From Acetivibrionales bacterium (GTDB lineage Bacteria; Bacillota; Clostridia; Acetivibrionales; DTU013), in NCBI GenBank assembly GCA_050952225.1, contig JBMNKL010000002.1, positions 210,484 to 274,483 of the forward strand: a DNA stretch of 64,000 nt, given 5' to 3'. Positions 1 through 10,096 of the stretch are shown here, one piece after another (the stretch's first letter is position 1; each line of letters opens with the position of its first letter). The notes under the pieces were generated by a model. That model had not been told where the DNA came from and did no database searches. It saw only the letters and a program-made list of their open reading frames with translations. Made by a program: the position numbers and the translations under genes.

Positions 1-352
1 ATACCTTCTTCAAATCCTTTGCGATTTCTGCCCTGTCTTTACGGTGATAAGCGCCCAACTCCAGGTTTTCCTGCGTTGTCATCGTGGAAAATACACGTCG
101 TCCTTCGGGCACATGCGATATTCCCATGTGAACCCTTTCCATGGCGGTAGTCGTGGTTATATCCCTGCCGTCGAGGATAATCGAACCGGAGGTAGGCTTC
201 TTCAGCCCTGACGCCGTCCTTAACGTGGTTGTTTTTCCCGCGCCGTTGGCGCCTATCAGTGTTACGATCTCGCCGTCCCGGACCTCGAGCGATATCCCCT
301 TGATGGCCTGTATTACACCAAAATTAACAACTAAATCTTTAATCTCAAGCAT
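1..352 (-). CDS. livF: Branched-chain amino acid ABC transporter ATP-binding protein (3' part outside window)
   Basis: Manual translation from the ATG at 352: [44 protein letters not shown] (Walker A); overlaps the livG stop. Confidence 0.9.
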   Translation of the reverse strand, partial: MLEIKDLVVNFGVIQAIKGISLEVRDGEIVTLIGANGAGKTTTLRTASGLKKPTSGSIILDGRDITTTTAMERVHMGISHVPEGRRVFSTMTTQENLELGAYHRKDRAEIAKDLKKV

Positions 353-1130
353 CGTTTTCGGCCTCCCCCAGGTAAGCTTCAATAACCCGCTTGTCCGATT
401 TTATTTTCTCCGGCGTCCCTTCTGAAATTACCCTGCCGTAATCAAGGACATAGATACGTTCGCAGATTTTCATCACCAGCGACATATCGTGCTCGATAAG
501 CAAAACCGTGAGGTTGAACTGCTCGCGTATCCCTAAGATCAGTTCGGCCAATTGCGCGGTTTCTGCAGGGTTCATGCCGGCTGCAGGCTCATCAAGCAGC
601 AGCAGTATGGGATCAGTAGCGAGCGCACGGGCAATTTCAAGATGACGCTGCTCGCCGTAAGGCAAATTTTTAGCGTACTCGTCCTTTTTACTGTCAAGCT
701 TGAATATCTTCAGCAGTTCCAGGCATTCCTCGGTTATTTCTCTTTCCTCCCTGCTATAGGAAGGTAAATGCAACAGGCTTGAAACAAACCCGTACTTTAC
801 ATTCTTATGCTTGGCAATGCGCATATTATCCAGGACCGTCAAATCCTTAAACAGCCGGATATTCTGAAACGTCCTGGCAAGGCCTGAGCTGCATATCTTG
901 TATGGCTTCAGCCCTTGCAATTTTTTCTCTTTCCCGTCCTTGAAAAGAGTGATGCTCCCGGAGGTCGGCGCATAAATACCTGTCAGCAGGTTAAATACAG
1001 TCGTTTTGCCGGCGCCGTTCGGTCCTATCAGTCCGACAAGTTCACCCTGCTCCAGCGTCATATTAACATTGGACACGGCCATTAAACCGCCAAATGACTT
1101 GGTAAGCTTTTTTATACTGAGAATTGGCAT
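345..1130 (-). CDS. livG: Branched-chain amino acid ABC transporter ATP-binding protein
   Basis: GPNGAGKTT Walker A, LPYGEQR signature, [17 protein letters not shown]-terminal VIEAYLG. Confidence 0.93.
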   Translation of the reverse strand: MPILSIKKLTKSFGGLMAVSNVNMTLEQGELVGLIGPNGAGKTTVFNLLTGIYAPTSGSITLFKDGKEKKLQGLKPYKICSSGLARTFQNIRLFKDLTVLDNMRIAKHKNVKYGFVSSLLHLPSYSREEREITEECLELLKIFKLDSKKDEYAKNLPYGEQRHLEIARALATDPILLLLDEPAAGMNPAETAQLAELILGIREQFNLTVLLIEHDMSLVMKICERIYVLDYGRVISEGTPEKIKSDKRVIEAYLGEAENDA

Positions 1131-1132
1131 GG

Positions 1133-2101
1133 CTAAACCCTCCCTTTCCCGGGCGTGAACAAGTTGTTCAACTTGCCGAATACTTTAAGCGATACTTCCT
1201 TTGAGCCTATCAAGCCCTGTGGACGGAAAATCATTATTATAATCAGGAGCAGCGCATTGAGAACCATTTGGATTTCAGCGAATGATTGCAGAAGCGTGGA
1301 AATAACCGCCAACAGCACGGCTGCCAGGATTGACCCGGAAATGCTTCCCAGTCCGCCAAGGACAACTATAACCAACACGTCGATTGATTTGAGGAACCCA
1401 AAAAGCGTCGGCTCAATATAATAAAAATTGGAAGCGTAGAGTGCTCCTGCAATTCCAGCGCAAAATGCTCCAAAAGTGAAAGCTGTTACTTTATATTTTG
1501 TCGTATTGATACCCATCGCGTCGGCCGCTATCTCGTCTTCCCGGATGGAAATGCAGGCACGCCCGTGCGATGTTTTTAAAAAGTTGTTTATAGCAATCAC
1601 GGTGCCGGCAGTGAAAACAAAAAGCCATGTCCAGTTTACAAAACGAGGAATTCCATTTAACCCTGCAGCGCCGTTCGTTATTTCCAAGTTGAGAAAAATG
1701 ACCTTTATAATCTCGGACATGCCCAGCGTGGCAATTGCAAGGTAATCACCGCGAAGCCTCAACGTGGGCAGGCCTATCATAAAACCAACAATGGCCGCAG
1801 CAACAGCTCCCGCCAAAATTCCAAGGAAAAAGCCCGGCAGTGTCGGCATCCTTAGAGTGATTATGGCACAGGCATATGCTCCGATAGACATAAAGCCGGC
1901 ATGTCCCAGCGAAAACTGGCCGGTAAAACCGGTAATCAGGTTAAGACTGACGGCCAGTATAATGTTGATGCAAGTTGTTGCCAGTGTCAACCTTAGAAAC
2001 GGGCTGATAATATTCGTCAAGATCAGCAGTTGGACAATGCCGTAGGCGAGAAGAAGCGATATGATTTTTTTAAACATGGAATTTTCAGTCAATTTTTTCA
2101 C
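1133..2101 (-). CDS. livM: Branched-chain amino acid ABC transporter permease
   Basis: Hydrophobic; [10 protein letters not shown] and [14 protein letters not shown] motifs. Confidence 0.92.
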   Translation of the reverse strand: MKKLTENSMFKKIISLLLAYGIVQLLILTNIISPFLRLTLATTCINIILAVSLNLITGFTGQFSLGHAGFMSIGAYACAIITLRMPTLPGFFLGILAGAVAAAIVGFMIGLPTLRLRGDYLAIATLGMSEIIKVIFLNLEITNGAAGLNGIPRFVNWTWLFVFTAGTVIAINNFLKTSHGRACISIREDEIAADAMGINTTKYKVTAFTFGAFCAGIAGALYASNFYYIEPTLFGFLKSIDVLVIVVLGGLGSISGSILAAVLLAVISTLLQSFAEIQMVLNALLLIIIMIFRPQGLIGSKEVSLKVFGKLNNLFTPGKGRV

Positions 2102-2104
2102 TGC

Positions 2105-2989
2105 TTACACCTTCTCCCCGACATTTTTTCCGAGCAGCCCCGACGGTTTCACAATCAGGATAAGAATTAGTATGGCAAATACGACAGCATCCCTGTACAT
2201 TGAGTCCCCGTAGCCGGAAACGAATACTTCAATGATCCCGATAGCATACCCGCCTATCATGGCGCCCGGAATAATTCCGATCCCGCCGACTACCGCCGCA
2301 ATAAAGGCCTTAAGCCCCGGCAGCGTTCCCATAAGCGGGTTGATAGAACTGTAATAGGCACCGACCATTACGCCCGCGGCGCCGGCCAGGGCCGAACCGA
2401 TTGCGAACGTAAAGGAAATGGTGGTATCCACGTTAATTCCCATGAGTTCCGCGGCATCGCGGTCCAGCGACACGGCACGCATCGCTTTGCCTACCTTTGT
2501 TTTCTTCACGATAAACTGCAGCAATACCATCAATATGACCGTGACGCCGACAATAAGGATCTGCTGCATGGAAATGTGTATGTCGCCCAGTATAAATTTT
2601 TTCGAGATCAGTCCCGGCATGCGGGGATAAGCGCGTGGATTCGGTTTGACAAAAAACATGGTGCCATACTGAAGAAAAAGCGAAACCCCGATTGCAGTAA
2701 TCAAAACCGTGATTCTTGCAGCATTTCTCAGCGGCTTATAGGCGATTTTTTCTATCGCCATGCCCAGCAGCATGCATACCGTCATGGCAATCAACAAAGA
2801 CGGCAGAAGGCCCATATGAAAATAAGACATGCAGAAATAACCTACGTAAGCCCCGATCATGTACACTTCGCTATGGGCAAAGTTAATCAGCCTGATGATG
2901 CCGTATACCATGGTGTAACCCAGGGCAATCAGCGCATATATGCTGCCTAACGATATACCGTTTATTACTTGTTGCAATAGTTGTACCAA
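2105..2989 (-). CDS. livH: Branched-chain amino acid ABC transporter permease
   Basis: NGISLGSIYALIALGYTMVYG..INFAH motif; TTG start with RBS. Confidence 0.92.
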   Translation of the reverse strand: MVQLLQQVINGISLGSIYALIALGYTMVYGIIRLINFAHSEVYMIGAYVGYFCMSYFHMGLLPSLLIAMTVCMLLGMAIEKIAYKPLRNAARITVLITAIGVSLFLQYGTMFFVKPNPRAYPRMPGLISKKFILGDIHISMQQILIVGVTVILMVLLQFIVKKTKVGKAMRAVSLDRDAAELMGINVDTTISFTFAIGSALAGAAGVMVGAYYSSINPLMGTLPGLKAFIAAVVGGIGIIPGAMIGGYAIGIIEVFVSGYGDSMYRDAVVFAILILILIVKPSGLLGKNVGEKV

Positions 2990-3018
2990 AAATCATATCC
3001 CCTTCTGAAACAGCCTAT

Positions 3019-3046
3019 GAGCGCATAATGTACAAATTATGCGCTC
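3019..3046. terminator. Intergenic stem-loop between livK and livH
   Basis: Perfect 11 bp inverted repeat gagcgcataat-N6-attatgcgctc. Confidence 0.5.
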
Positions 3047-3161
3047 CTGCTGTTAATTGTATGCTGTTTAAGCTGACAATCGTAAGGCAGTGCCTTAACT
3101 TATTCGTGTGCTTTATCTATTATAGTACATGTATTACCATATTGCACGTATTTCCGGTTGC

Positions 3162-4304
3162 TTAGAACTTCTCGCTGGTAGCCTGCACTCCATCCTTCAG
3201 GCTAATGATAACCACCGATTTTACCGGGTTGTGGTTCTCATCGACGCTGAACGTTCCGGTTACTCCCGAAAAATTCTCAGTTGCTTCAAGGGCTTCCTTT
3301 ATGGATTCGCCGGTAAGCTTTTCCGCACGCCCTATGGCATCGGCGGCAAACATGGCAAGGTCATATCCGAGCGCGTTGAAAGCATCCGGTTCTTTATTGT
3401 ATTTTGCCTTAAAGTCGCTTATAAACTGCACGACTTTCGGATCCTCGTCAAGCGAAGAATAGTGGTTGGAGAAATATATGTTGTTGAGCGCTTCGGGGCC
3501 TGCGAGCTCAAGAAGCACCGGGGAATCAAATCCGTCCGCCCCGAGGATGGGGGTGTCGATGCCTTGTGCACGCGCTTGCTTGATTATAAGCCCGGCCTCG
3601 TTGTAGTATCCCGGTATGAATATTACATCGAAATCCTGCCCCTTTATCTTCGTCAGGATGGCATTGAAGTCGGTATCGTTCTTAACGTATGCTTCCTGCG
3701 CCACAATTGTGCCGCCGCCTGCTTCAAACGTCTTCACGAAGTTTTCCGCCAGCCCTTTTCCATAATCACTGGAACTGTCCATAATTATAACCGCTCTCTT
3801 TGAACCCAATTTCTCCAGTGCATAATTTGCCATGGAGGTTCCCTGGAATGAATCGCTGAAACAGATACGGAAAGCGTATTCCTTTACGCCTTTTTCATCG
3901 ACGGTTACCTCATCGGCCGTGGCGGAACCTGAAATCACCGGTATCTTGTTATCATTTGCAACGGGAATTTGCGCCATAAAGGAACCCGATGTCGCAGGGC
4001 CGAGAACTACCAGGACCTTGTCCTGTGTCATTAGTTTCGTGGCAAGCGTTGTCGCTTCGGCAGGATCCGACATGGTATCGTACTTGATTGGCTTAATCTT
4101 CTTGCCGTTAATTCCGCCCGCTGCGTTAATCTGCTCTATGGCAAGCTCTATACCCTCCACCGAACTCTGGCCGTACGTTGCCACCTCACCAGACAATTCG
4201 TAGTTAATGCCGATTCTTATCTCGTTGGTACTTCCTCCTGCACAGCCTGTCAGCAGTGCCGTTACAAGCAGAACACTCAAGATTATGCTTATTAGCCTTT
4301 TCAT
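3162..4304 (-). CDS. livK: Branched-chain amino acid ABC transporter substrate-binding lipoprotein
   Basis: Lipobox LTGC; type 1 periplasmic-binding motifs (INAAGGING, YAFRICFSDSFQG); position in liv operon. Confidence 0.88.
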   Translation of the reverse strand: MKRLISIILSVLLVTALLTGCAGGSTNEIRIGINYELSGEVATYGQSSVEGIELAIEQINAAGGINGKKIKPIKYDTMSDPAEATTLATKLMTQDKVLVVLGPATSGSFMAQIPVANDNKIPVISGSATADEVTVDEKGVKEYAFRICFSDSFQGTSMANYALEKLGSKRAVIIMDSSSDYGKGLAENFVKTFEAGGGTIVAQEAYVKNDTDFNAILTKIKGQDFDVIFIPGYYNEAGLIIKQARAQGIDTPILGADGFDSPVLLELAGPEALNNIYFSNHYSSLDEDPKVVQFISDFKAKYNKEPDAFNALGYDLAMFAADAIGRAEKLTGESIKEALEATENFSGVTGTFSVDENHNPVKSVVIISLKDGVQATSEKF

Positions 4305-4498
4305 TTTGTCTCCTCCACTTCTTTATTAATTTCTTATATCAATTAATATGCATTTCTTTGAACATCGAAACCTGAATAATTATGCGAAGAAATACATTAA
4401 ATAAATAGTTGCCTTTTATAAAAAAATACGGCTGTCTTCACCGTTCTTTGCTCAATAAAGCAGCGCTACATTACAGTAAAGCATTATTGTTGTAGATG

Positions 4499-4527
4499 AT
4501 TTTATATCTTTCATGGCATTTTGTCAA
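4499..4527 (-). promoter_or_regulatory. Sigma-A promoter of the liv operon
   Basis: TTGACA (4527-4522), 17 bp spacer, TAAAAT (4504-4499) on the minus strand. Confidence 0.7.
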
Positions 4528-4585
4528 TCTGCTTTTTTACATAAGGTGTGCCTGAAATGCAAACCGGTGCCAGAATCCGCATCTG

Positions 4586-6044
4586 TTAAAAATAGATGTC
4601 CGAAAACTCTATGTTGATCCTCTCCACATGGTCATGCCCGATAGCATCGTATTGCCGGTTTGCCTCATCTTTTTTCCCGGGCAGGACCCTGCACGGCAGT
4701 GTGATAGTAAATTCGCTGCCACTGCCAAGTTTGCTTTTCAAAGATATCCTGCCGCCATGTTTTTCTACAAGGGCTTTTACAAGGGACAGGCCGATGCCGC
4801 TGCCTTCCTGTTGTTTCCTCAGGGATTTGTCCACCTGCTGGAACCTCTGAAATATGGCCTCCTGTTTATCTTCCGGGATCCCGATTCCCGTATCCCTTAC
4901 ATTAATTGTTACACTATCGCTGCAATCGGAAATATCAACCCATATGCTGCCGCCATTAGGCGTAAACTTGATCGCGTTGGAAAGGAGGTTTAAGATGATC
5001 CGCTCTATTTTGTCGGGATCACAGGCAATTATTTTTTCTTCGGCATTAGCATTAAAATACACCTTGATGCCCTTATTCTTCGCATATTCCACTACTGACA
5101 TGGTTATGTCCTTTATAAGGGCGATAATGTTGTAATTCTGCAGCCTGATCTCATAAAAATCCGCGTCTATTTTGGTTATGTCGATCAGATTATTGACAAG
5201 TCTCAACAGCCTGTAGCAATTCTGTTGTATGTAATCAATGTATTTTTTAATATTTAAGTCCTGGTATGTCTGGTTCGTTTTCAGTTTAAGCATTTGGACC
5301 GAGGATAGTATTACATTCAGCGGAGTCCTGAATTCATGGGAAATGTTTGCGAGGAACTCCGTTTTGATCCTGTCGTATTCCCGCGCTTCATTCAGCAGTT
5401 TTGGCTTTCCCAGTACCGTTTTTGCTTTCCTCCAGTTGCTTGTCCTTTATCAAAAGTTCTACGTTCTCTATAATTTTCAGCTTTTTGCCATGCATTGTAA
5501 GTACGTGGCTGTGACTTTTTAATAACTCGGCAACTTCGAAAGCGTTCACTATACTTGCACTATACTGGCACATTGCTATAAAAGGCAACCCGGATATTAA
5601 ATCGCTTATTTTTTGTTCGTAACGTAAAAACGTCCTGCGGTACCGGTCATTTATCCATGAAGTGTCAGCTATTGCCCTTATACCGTCAAACCCGTTATCA
5701 AGCGCATACCTGGTTAAATCGTTCCACTGCTTTGATACCCTTGTTTCCTTGAAGCCGTTGTCTTTAAGATACCACTCAATATGTGAAAATAGTTTCAGCC
5801 GCCCGCTGCCGATGTATGAATCAATATCCTTGAAATGTTTATGAACGAGCCGTTTTATCTTTTTGCCGCTTTCATTTTCACAATAAATCCAGACGCAAAA
5901 CTCATTATTGTTTATACCCTGCCGGATAAAGGGTATCAGAACTTTGCAGTATTCAATCGGTGAATCGCAAAGTTGCGCAATATGCGTTCCCCACGGAATA
6001 GAGCCCAATACATCAATGCCGGAATCCCTGAGATCATTATTCAT
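4586..6044 (-). pseudogene. MEDS-domain sensor histidine kinase split by a frameshift near 5390-5445
   Basis: The 5' ORF has a MEDS-like domain (RDSGIDVLGSIPWGTHI...CQY). The H-box EFLANISHEFRTPLNVI lies in the frame of the 4586-5293 ORF, upstream of its first ATG. HATPase motifs NLLSNAIKF, DTGIGI, GSGIGL. Confidence 0.75.
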
Positions 6045-6219
6045 AAATGCTAAACGCTCCCTAAGACAAATCGGCGGATTTGCCATCAATCCTTTAATAG
6101 TATAAACTACGGAATCGTCAAGCAATTAACAGTGTTTTACTTGACTAGCATATTTTGCTGTCAAATATTATACTTACTTCTACAAAATATTTCAATATAG
6201 TATTTTTATTGTTATTTCT

Positions 6220-7236
6220 TTAATTTTGTCTGTTCACGTCGCGGTTATACATCGGAGAATATTTCGCCGCAAGCCTTATTGCCTCTATCATGCTTACTGC
6301 GCTTGCTTTTCCCGTTCCGGCTATGTCAAAGGCGGTCCCGTGATCGACCGAGGTCCTGAGGAACGGCAGACCGACGGTCAGCGCTATTGTTCTTTCAAAA
6401 TCGAGGGTTTTCGTAGCGATGTGCCCCTGGTCATGGTAAAGCGAAAGAACGGAATTAAACCTTCCCTGGAGCGCAAGATGAAAAACGGAGTCGGCCCCTA
6501 TGGGGCCCTCCACATTGTAGCCAAGCCTTTTTGCTTCCTCTACGGCCGGTATTATATGGACCATTTCTTCATCGCCGAAAAGCCCGTGCTCCCCGGAATG
6601 CGGATTCAGGCCGGCGATTGCCATGGCGCCTTCCGTGATGCCAAGACGCCTCAGGGCCTCGGTGCATCTTTTAATATAATCCAGCAGCCTTTCCCTGGTA
6701 ACGAGTTCACATGCCTTTCGGAGCGAAACATGACGTGTCAGGAAAAAAACGCGCATATTTCTTACCTCGAACATCGTCAGCGGATCACGGGCGCCCGTAA
6801 GTCCCGCCAGGATTTCCGTATGCCCGATGTAATCCACGTTGGCGGCTTTTAATGACTCCTTGTTTATAGGTGTTGTCGCAATGGCGTCCACATCTTTCGC
6901 AAGCGCCATATCAACTGCCTTCCTGATATATTCAAACGCCGCTTTCCCGCCTTGCGCCTGGACTTCACCGATTCTTAACGTTTTTATATCAACGTTTTCC
7001 ATATCCACCAGGTCCAGCGTTCCCGGCTTATAAATGCCTTCGCCGGCATTGCCTGCAATGTTGATGTCCAGGCTTAAACCGCAAAATTTCATTGCCTGCC
7101 TCATGACGGAACCATCTCCGATTACCAGCGGCCTGCAAACCGAATAAAGCTCGTCCGACGCCAGCGCTTTTGATACTATCTCGGGGCCGATCCCGGCCGG
7201 ATCCCCCATGGGTATGGCTATTATCGGCCTGTTCAT
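6220..7236 (-). CDS. pdxA: 4-hydroxythreonine-4-phosphate dehydrogenase family (probably PdxA2-type sugar-acid phosphate dehydrogenase)
   Basis: [28 protein letters not shown] and [14 protein letters not shown] motifs. Confidence 0.92.
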   Translation of the reverse strand: MNRPIIAIPMGDPAGIGPEIVSKALASDELYSVCRPLVIGDGSVMRQAMKFCGLSLDINIAGNAGEGIYKPGTLDLVDMENVDIKTLRIGEVQAQGGKAAFEYIRKAVDMALAKDVDAIATTPINKESLKAANVDYIGHTEILAGLTGARDPLTMFEVRNMRVFFLTRHVSLRKACELVTRERLLDYIKRCTEALRRLGITEGAMAIAGLNPHSGEHGLFGDEEMVHIIPAVEEAKRLGYNVEGPIGADSVFHLALQGRFNSVLSLYHDQGHIATKTLDFERTIALTVGLPFLRTSVDHGTAFDIAGTGKASAVSMIEAIRLAAKYSPMYNRDVNRQN

Positions 7237-7321
7237 GCTTTCACATCCCTATACCATGAAATATATAGTAAACACGATAATATTAGCATTATTATTCCCC
7301 CGATGCAATCTTGTGTGAGAC

Positions 7322-7395
7322 ATGGAGATGAGGCGGTGTCAGGACATGGGGACAGGTACGTTGTCCCGCCTCTGTCCCATGTCCCGCCTCCCCAT
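7322..7395. repeat. REP-like GC-rich nested palindrome
   Basis: Inner gggaca-ggtacgt-tgtccc hairpin nested in outer arms gaggcgg..ggacatggg / cccatgtcc-cgcctc. Confidence 0.5.
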
Positions 7396-7579
7396 CCTTA
7401 CAGCAACTTTTCAGAAAAAATATGAAAAAAGCATATGTAATACATTCTATTTAATGTATAATAAAAAAAGATAAACGCACAAACCATACGGGGGTGAAAG
7501 CTTGTCATATCATTGGCTTTAGCGTATGACACATATATGCAGCCGTCAATTTCATTCAAATATAAAACGGAGGTAACCT

Positions 7580-8392
7580 ATGGACATCATTATTAAAGAA
7601 AATTATGACGAGATGAGCAAATACACGGCGGAATTAATCGGAAGCTTTGTAAAGAAAAAACCGACCTGCGTATTAGGGCTGGCGACTGGCAGCACACCCA
7701 TTGGAACTTACAGGGAATTGGTACGGATGCATAAGGAAGGTCTCGATTTTTCACAGGTTGTAACCTTCAATCTCGACGAGTACCTGGGGGTGGGAATCGA
7801 CCTTGACAAGCCTTACGACCTGGACCAGAGCTATGCAAGGTTCATGTACGAAGAATTATTGAAGCATATTAACATAAAGAAAGAAAATATATACATTCCG
7901 GACGGGCTTGCGACTGATCCCGTCAAGCATTGTCTTTGGTACGAGGAGCAGATAAAAAAAGCAGGAGGAATAGACCTTCAGCTTCTCGGAATCGGCCGCG
8001 ACGGGCATTGGGGATTCAACGAACCAGGTTCTTCCCTTGCGTCGAGAACAAGGGTACAGGCACTGGCAAAAGAAACCCTGGATGACAATTTCGAGAGCTT
8101 TTACAAGAAAGCCGGGATAAGCAGGGACGAAATGCCTCACTTCGCAATCACGATGGGTATAGGAACCATTCTTGAAGCCAGGAATATAGTCATGATAGCA
8201 AGCGGCAAAAAGAAAGCCGATGCAGTGGCTAAATGCCTTGAAGGTCCGGTGACATCGCAGATTACCTCATCGGCAATACAGCTTCACCCGGGAGGAATAA
8301 CCGTCGTGCTCGACAGGGACGCGGCCTCGAAGCTTGAAAACGTGGAACGTTACATACACATAGCAAAGCTTAAGCAGAAATACGGCTTGTAA
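7580..8392 (+). CDS. nagB: Glucosamine-6-phosphate deaminase
   Basis: VLGLATGSTP, TFNLDEY, GGIDLQLLGIG..GH.GFNEPG and AITMGIGTI motifs; GGAGG RBS. Confidence 0.93.
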   Translation: MDIIIKENYDEMSKYTAELIGSFVKKKPTCVLGLATGSTPIGTYRELVRMHKEGLDFSQVVTFNLDEYLGVGIDLDKPYDLDQSYARFMYEELLKHINIKKENIYIPDGLATDPVKHCLWYEEQIKKAGGIDLQLLGIGRDGHWGFNEPGSSLASRTRVQALAKETLDDNFESFYKKAGISRDEMPHFAITMGIGTILEARNIVMIASGKKKADAVAKCLEGPVTSQITSSAIQLHPGGITVVLDRDAASKLENVERYIHIAKLKQKYGL

Positions 8393-8491
8393 TATTTTCG
8401 CCGCCCGGTTGCGCCGCCGTTACGGACAGCCTTGTACAATCTCCGTTCCGGGCGGTGAAACCGGCTCTCTCTGGCCTGTCCGGCTATCTTA

Positions 8492-9982
8492 CTACTTATG
8501 ATATAACTTTTTTGACTCATACTGTGGTTCACAGGTTATATTCACGCCGAGTTTCTGAAATACGTTTTCATCCACTCGTGACAGCATCACGGATGAATGA
8601 GCCTCGCATCCGTGCAGCTTCGGTATCTGCTGCATGGCCAGCTCCGCCGTCGGATTGGTTGCGGCGCAGATAGACAGCGCTATCAGTATCTCGTCGGTAT
8701 GCAGCCGCGGATTATGGTTTCCCATATGCTTCACCTTCAGAACCTGTATAGGCTCTATAACAATCGGTGAAATCAGGTGTATGTCATCATGAATCCCGCC
8801 CAGCTCTTTTAGCGCGTTCAACAGAACCGCCGCAGATGCGCCAAGCAAAGGAGTTGTTTTCCCGGTCACTATCCGTCCGTCGGCCAGTTGAAGCGCAACA
8901 GCCGGTCCATCGGTTTCACTGGCGCGCTTTAATGCCGCATTTACCACGGGACGGCGCTTGGGGGATATCCCCAGCTTGTTCATTAACAGCTCTATCTTGT
9001 AAACTTCAGCTCTTTCAGCCAATCCCAGCCTCTGTGCACAGCGCGTGTTATAGTACCTGCGGATAATCTCCTGTTCCGCCGCCTCGCATATGGCCTTGTC
9101 ATCCGTAATGCAAAATCCCGCCATGTTCACACCCATGTCCGTCGGGCTCTTGTATGGCGATTTACCGGCTATCCTCTCAAAAATAGCATTCAGCACGGGG
9201 AATATCTCAATATCCCTGTTATAATTAACCGCGGTAACACCGTATGCCTCCAGGTGGAAGGGATCAATCATGTTAACATCGTTCAAATCCGTAGTCGCTG
9301 CCTCATAAGCAAGGTTTACCGGGTGGTTCAGCGGAAGGTTCCATACTGGGAAGGTTTCAAACTTTGCGTACCCTGCTCGTACGCCCCGTTTATACTCATG
9401 GTACAACTGTGACAGGCAGGTAGCCATTTTCCCGCTTCCCGGCCCCGGAGCGGTAACTATTACCAGGGAACGGCTGGTTTCTATATAGTCATTCCTCCCA
9501 TAGCCGTCGTCACTGACGATCAACGGGATATTCGAGGGGTAATCCGGAATCGGGTAATGCCTGTAAACCTGTATTCCAAGCTCAGTAAGGCGCTTATGAA
9601 ACGAATCCGCGGCAAATTGCGAGCGGTAATGGGTTATAACCACACTTCCAACGTACAGGCCAATTTCACGAAACGCATCAATCAGGCGCAGAACATCCAG
9701 GTCATACGTAATTCCAAGATCCCCGCGGCGCTTGTTTTTTTCAATATCATCCGCGTTTATCGTGATTACGATCTCCGCCCGGTCCTTGAGCATTAAAAGC
9801 ATTTTTACCTTGCCGTCCGGCTTGAACCCCGGAAGTACACGCGAAGCATGGTAATCGTCAAAAAGCTTGCCTCCGAATTCAAGATACAGTTTCCCACCGA
9901 AAATATTTATCCTGTCAAGTATTTTCTGCGATTGAAGCTGAAGATATTTTTCATTATCAAACCCAGTTACATTCATTTTCAT
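8492..9982 (-). CDS. DUF1846 (UPF0371) family P-loop protein
   Basis: GFDNEKYL, KLYLEFGGKLFDDYHASRVLPGF, TAPGPGSGKMATCLSQLYHE. Confidence 0.88.
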   Translation of the reverse strand: MKMNVTGFDNEKYLQLQSQKILDRINIFGGKLYLEFGGKLFDDYHASRVLPGFKPDGKVKMLLMLKDRAEIVITINADDIEKNKRRGDLGITYDLDVLRLIDAFREIGLYVGSVVITHYRSQFAADSFHKRLTELGIQVYRHYPIPDYPSNIPLIVSDDGYGRNDYIETSRSLVIVTAPGPGSGKMATCLSQLYHEYKRGVRAGYAKFETFPVWNLPLNHPVNLAYEAATTDLNDVNMIDPFHLEAYGVTAVNYNRDIEIFPVLNAIFERIAGKSPYKSPTDMGVNMAGFCITDDKAICEAAEQEIIRRYYNTRCAQRLGLAERAEVYKIELLMNKLGISPKRRPVVNAALKRASETDGPAVALQLADGRIVTGKTTPLLGASAAVLLNALKELGGIHDDIHLISPIVIEPIQVLKVKHMGNHNPRLHTDEILIALSICAATNPTAELAMQQIPKLHGCEAHSSVMLSRVDENVFQKLGVNITCEPQYESKKLYHK

Positions 9983-10096
9983 ACTCCGCGTTTTTACAAT
10001 GATTTTTTATTCCATAACCCACAATAACATAATGGAATTGTCTTCGTCAACTCGCATTGCATAAGAGTTATTCGGGCAGCAAGGTCATAATCATCC

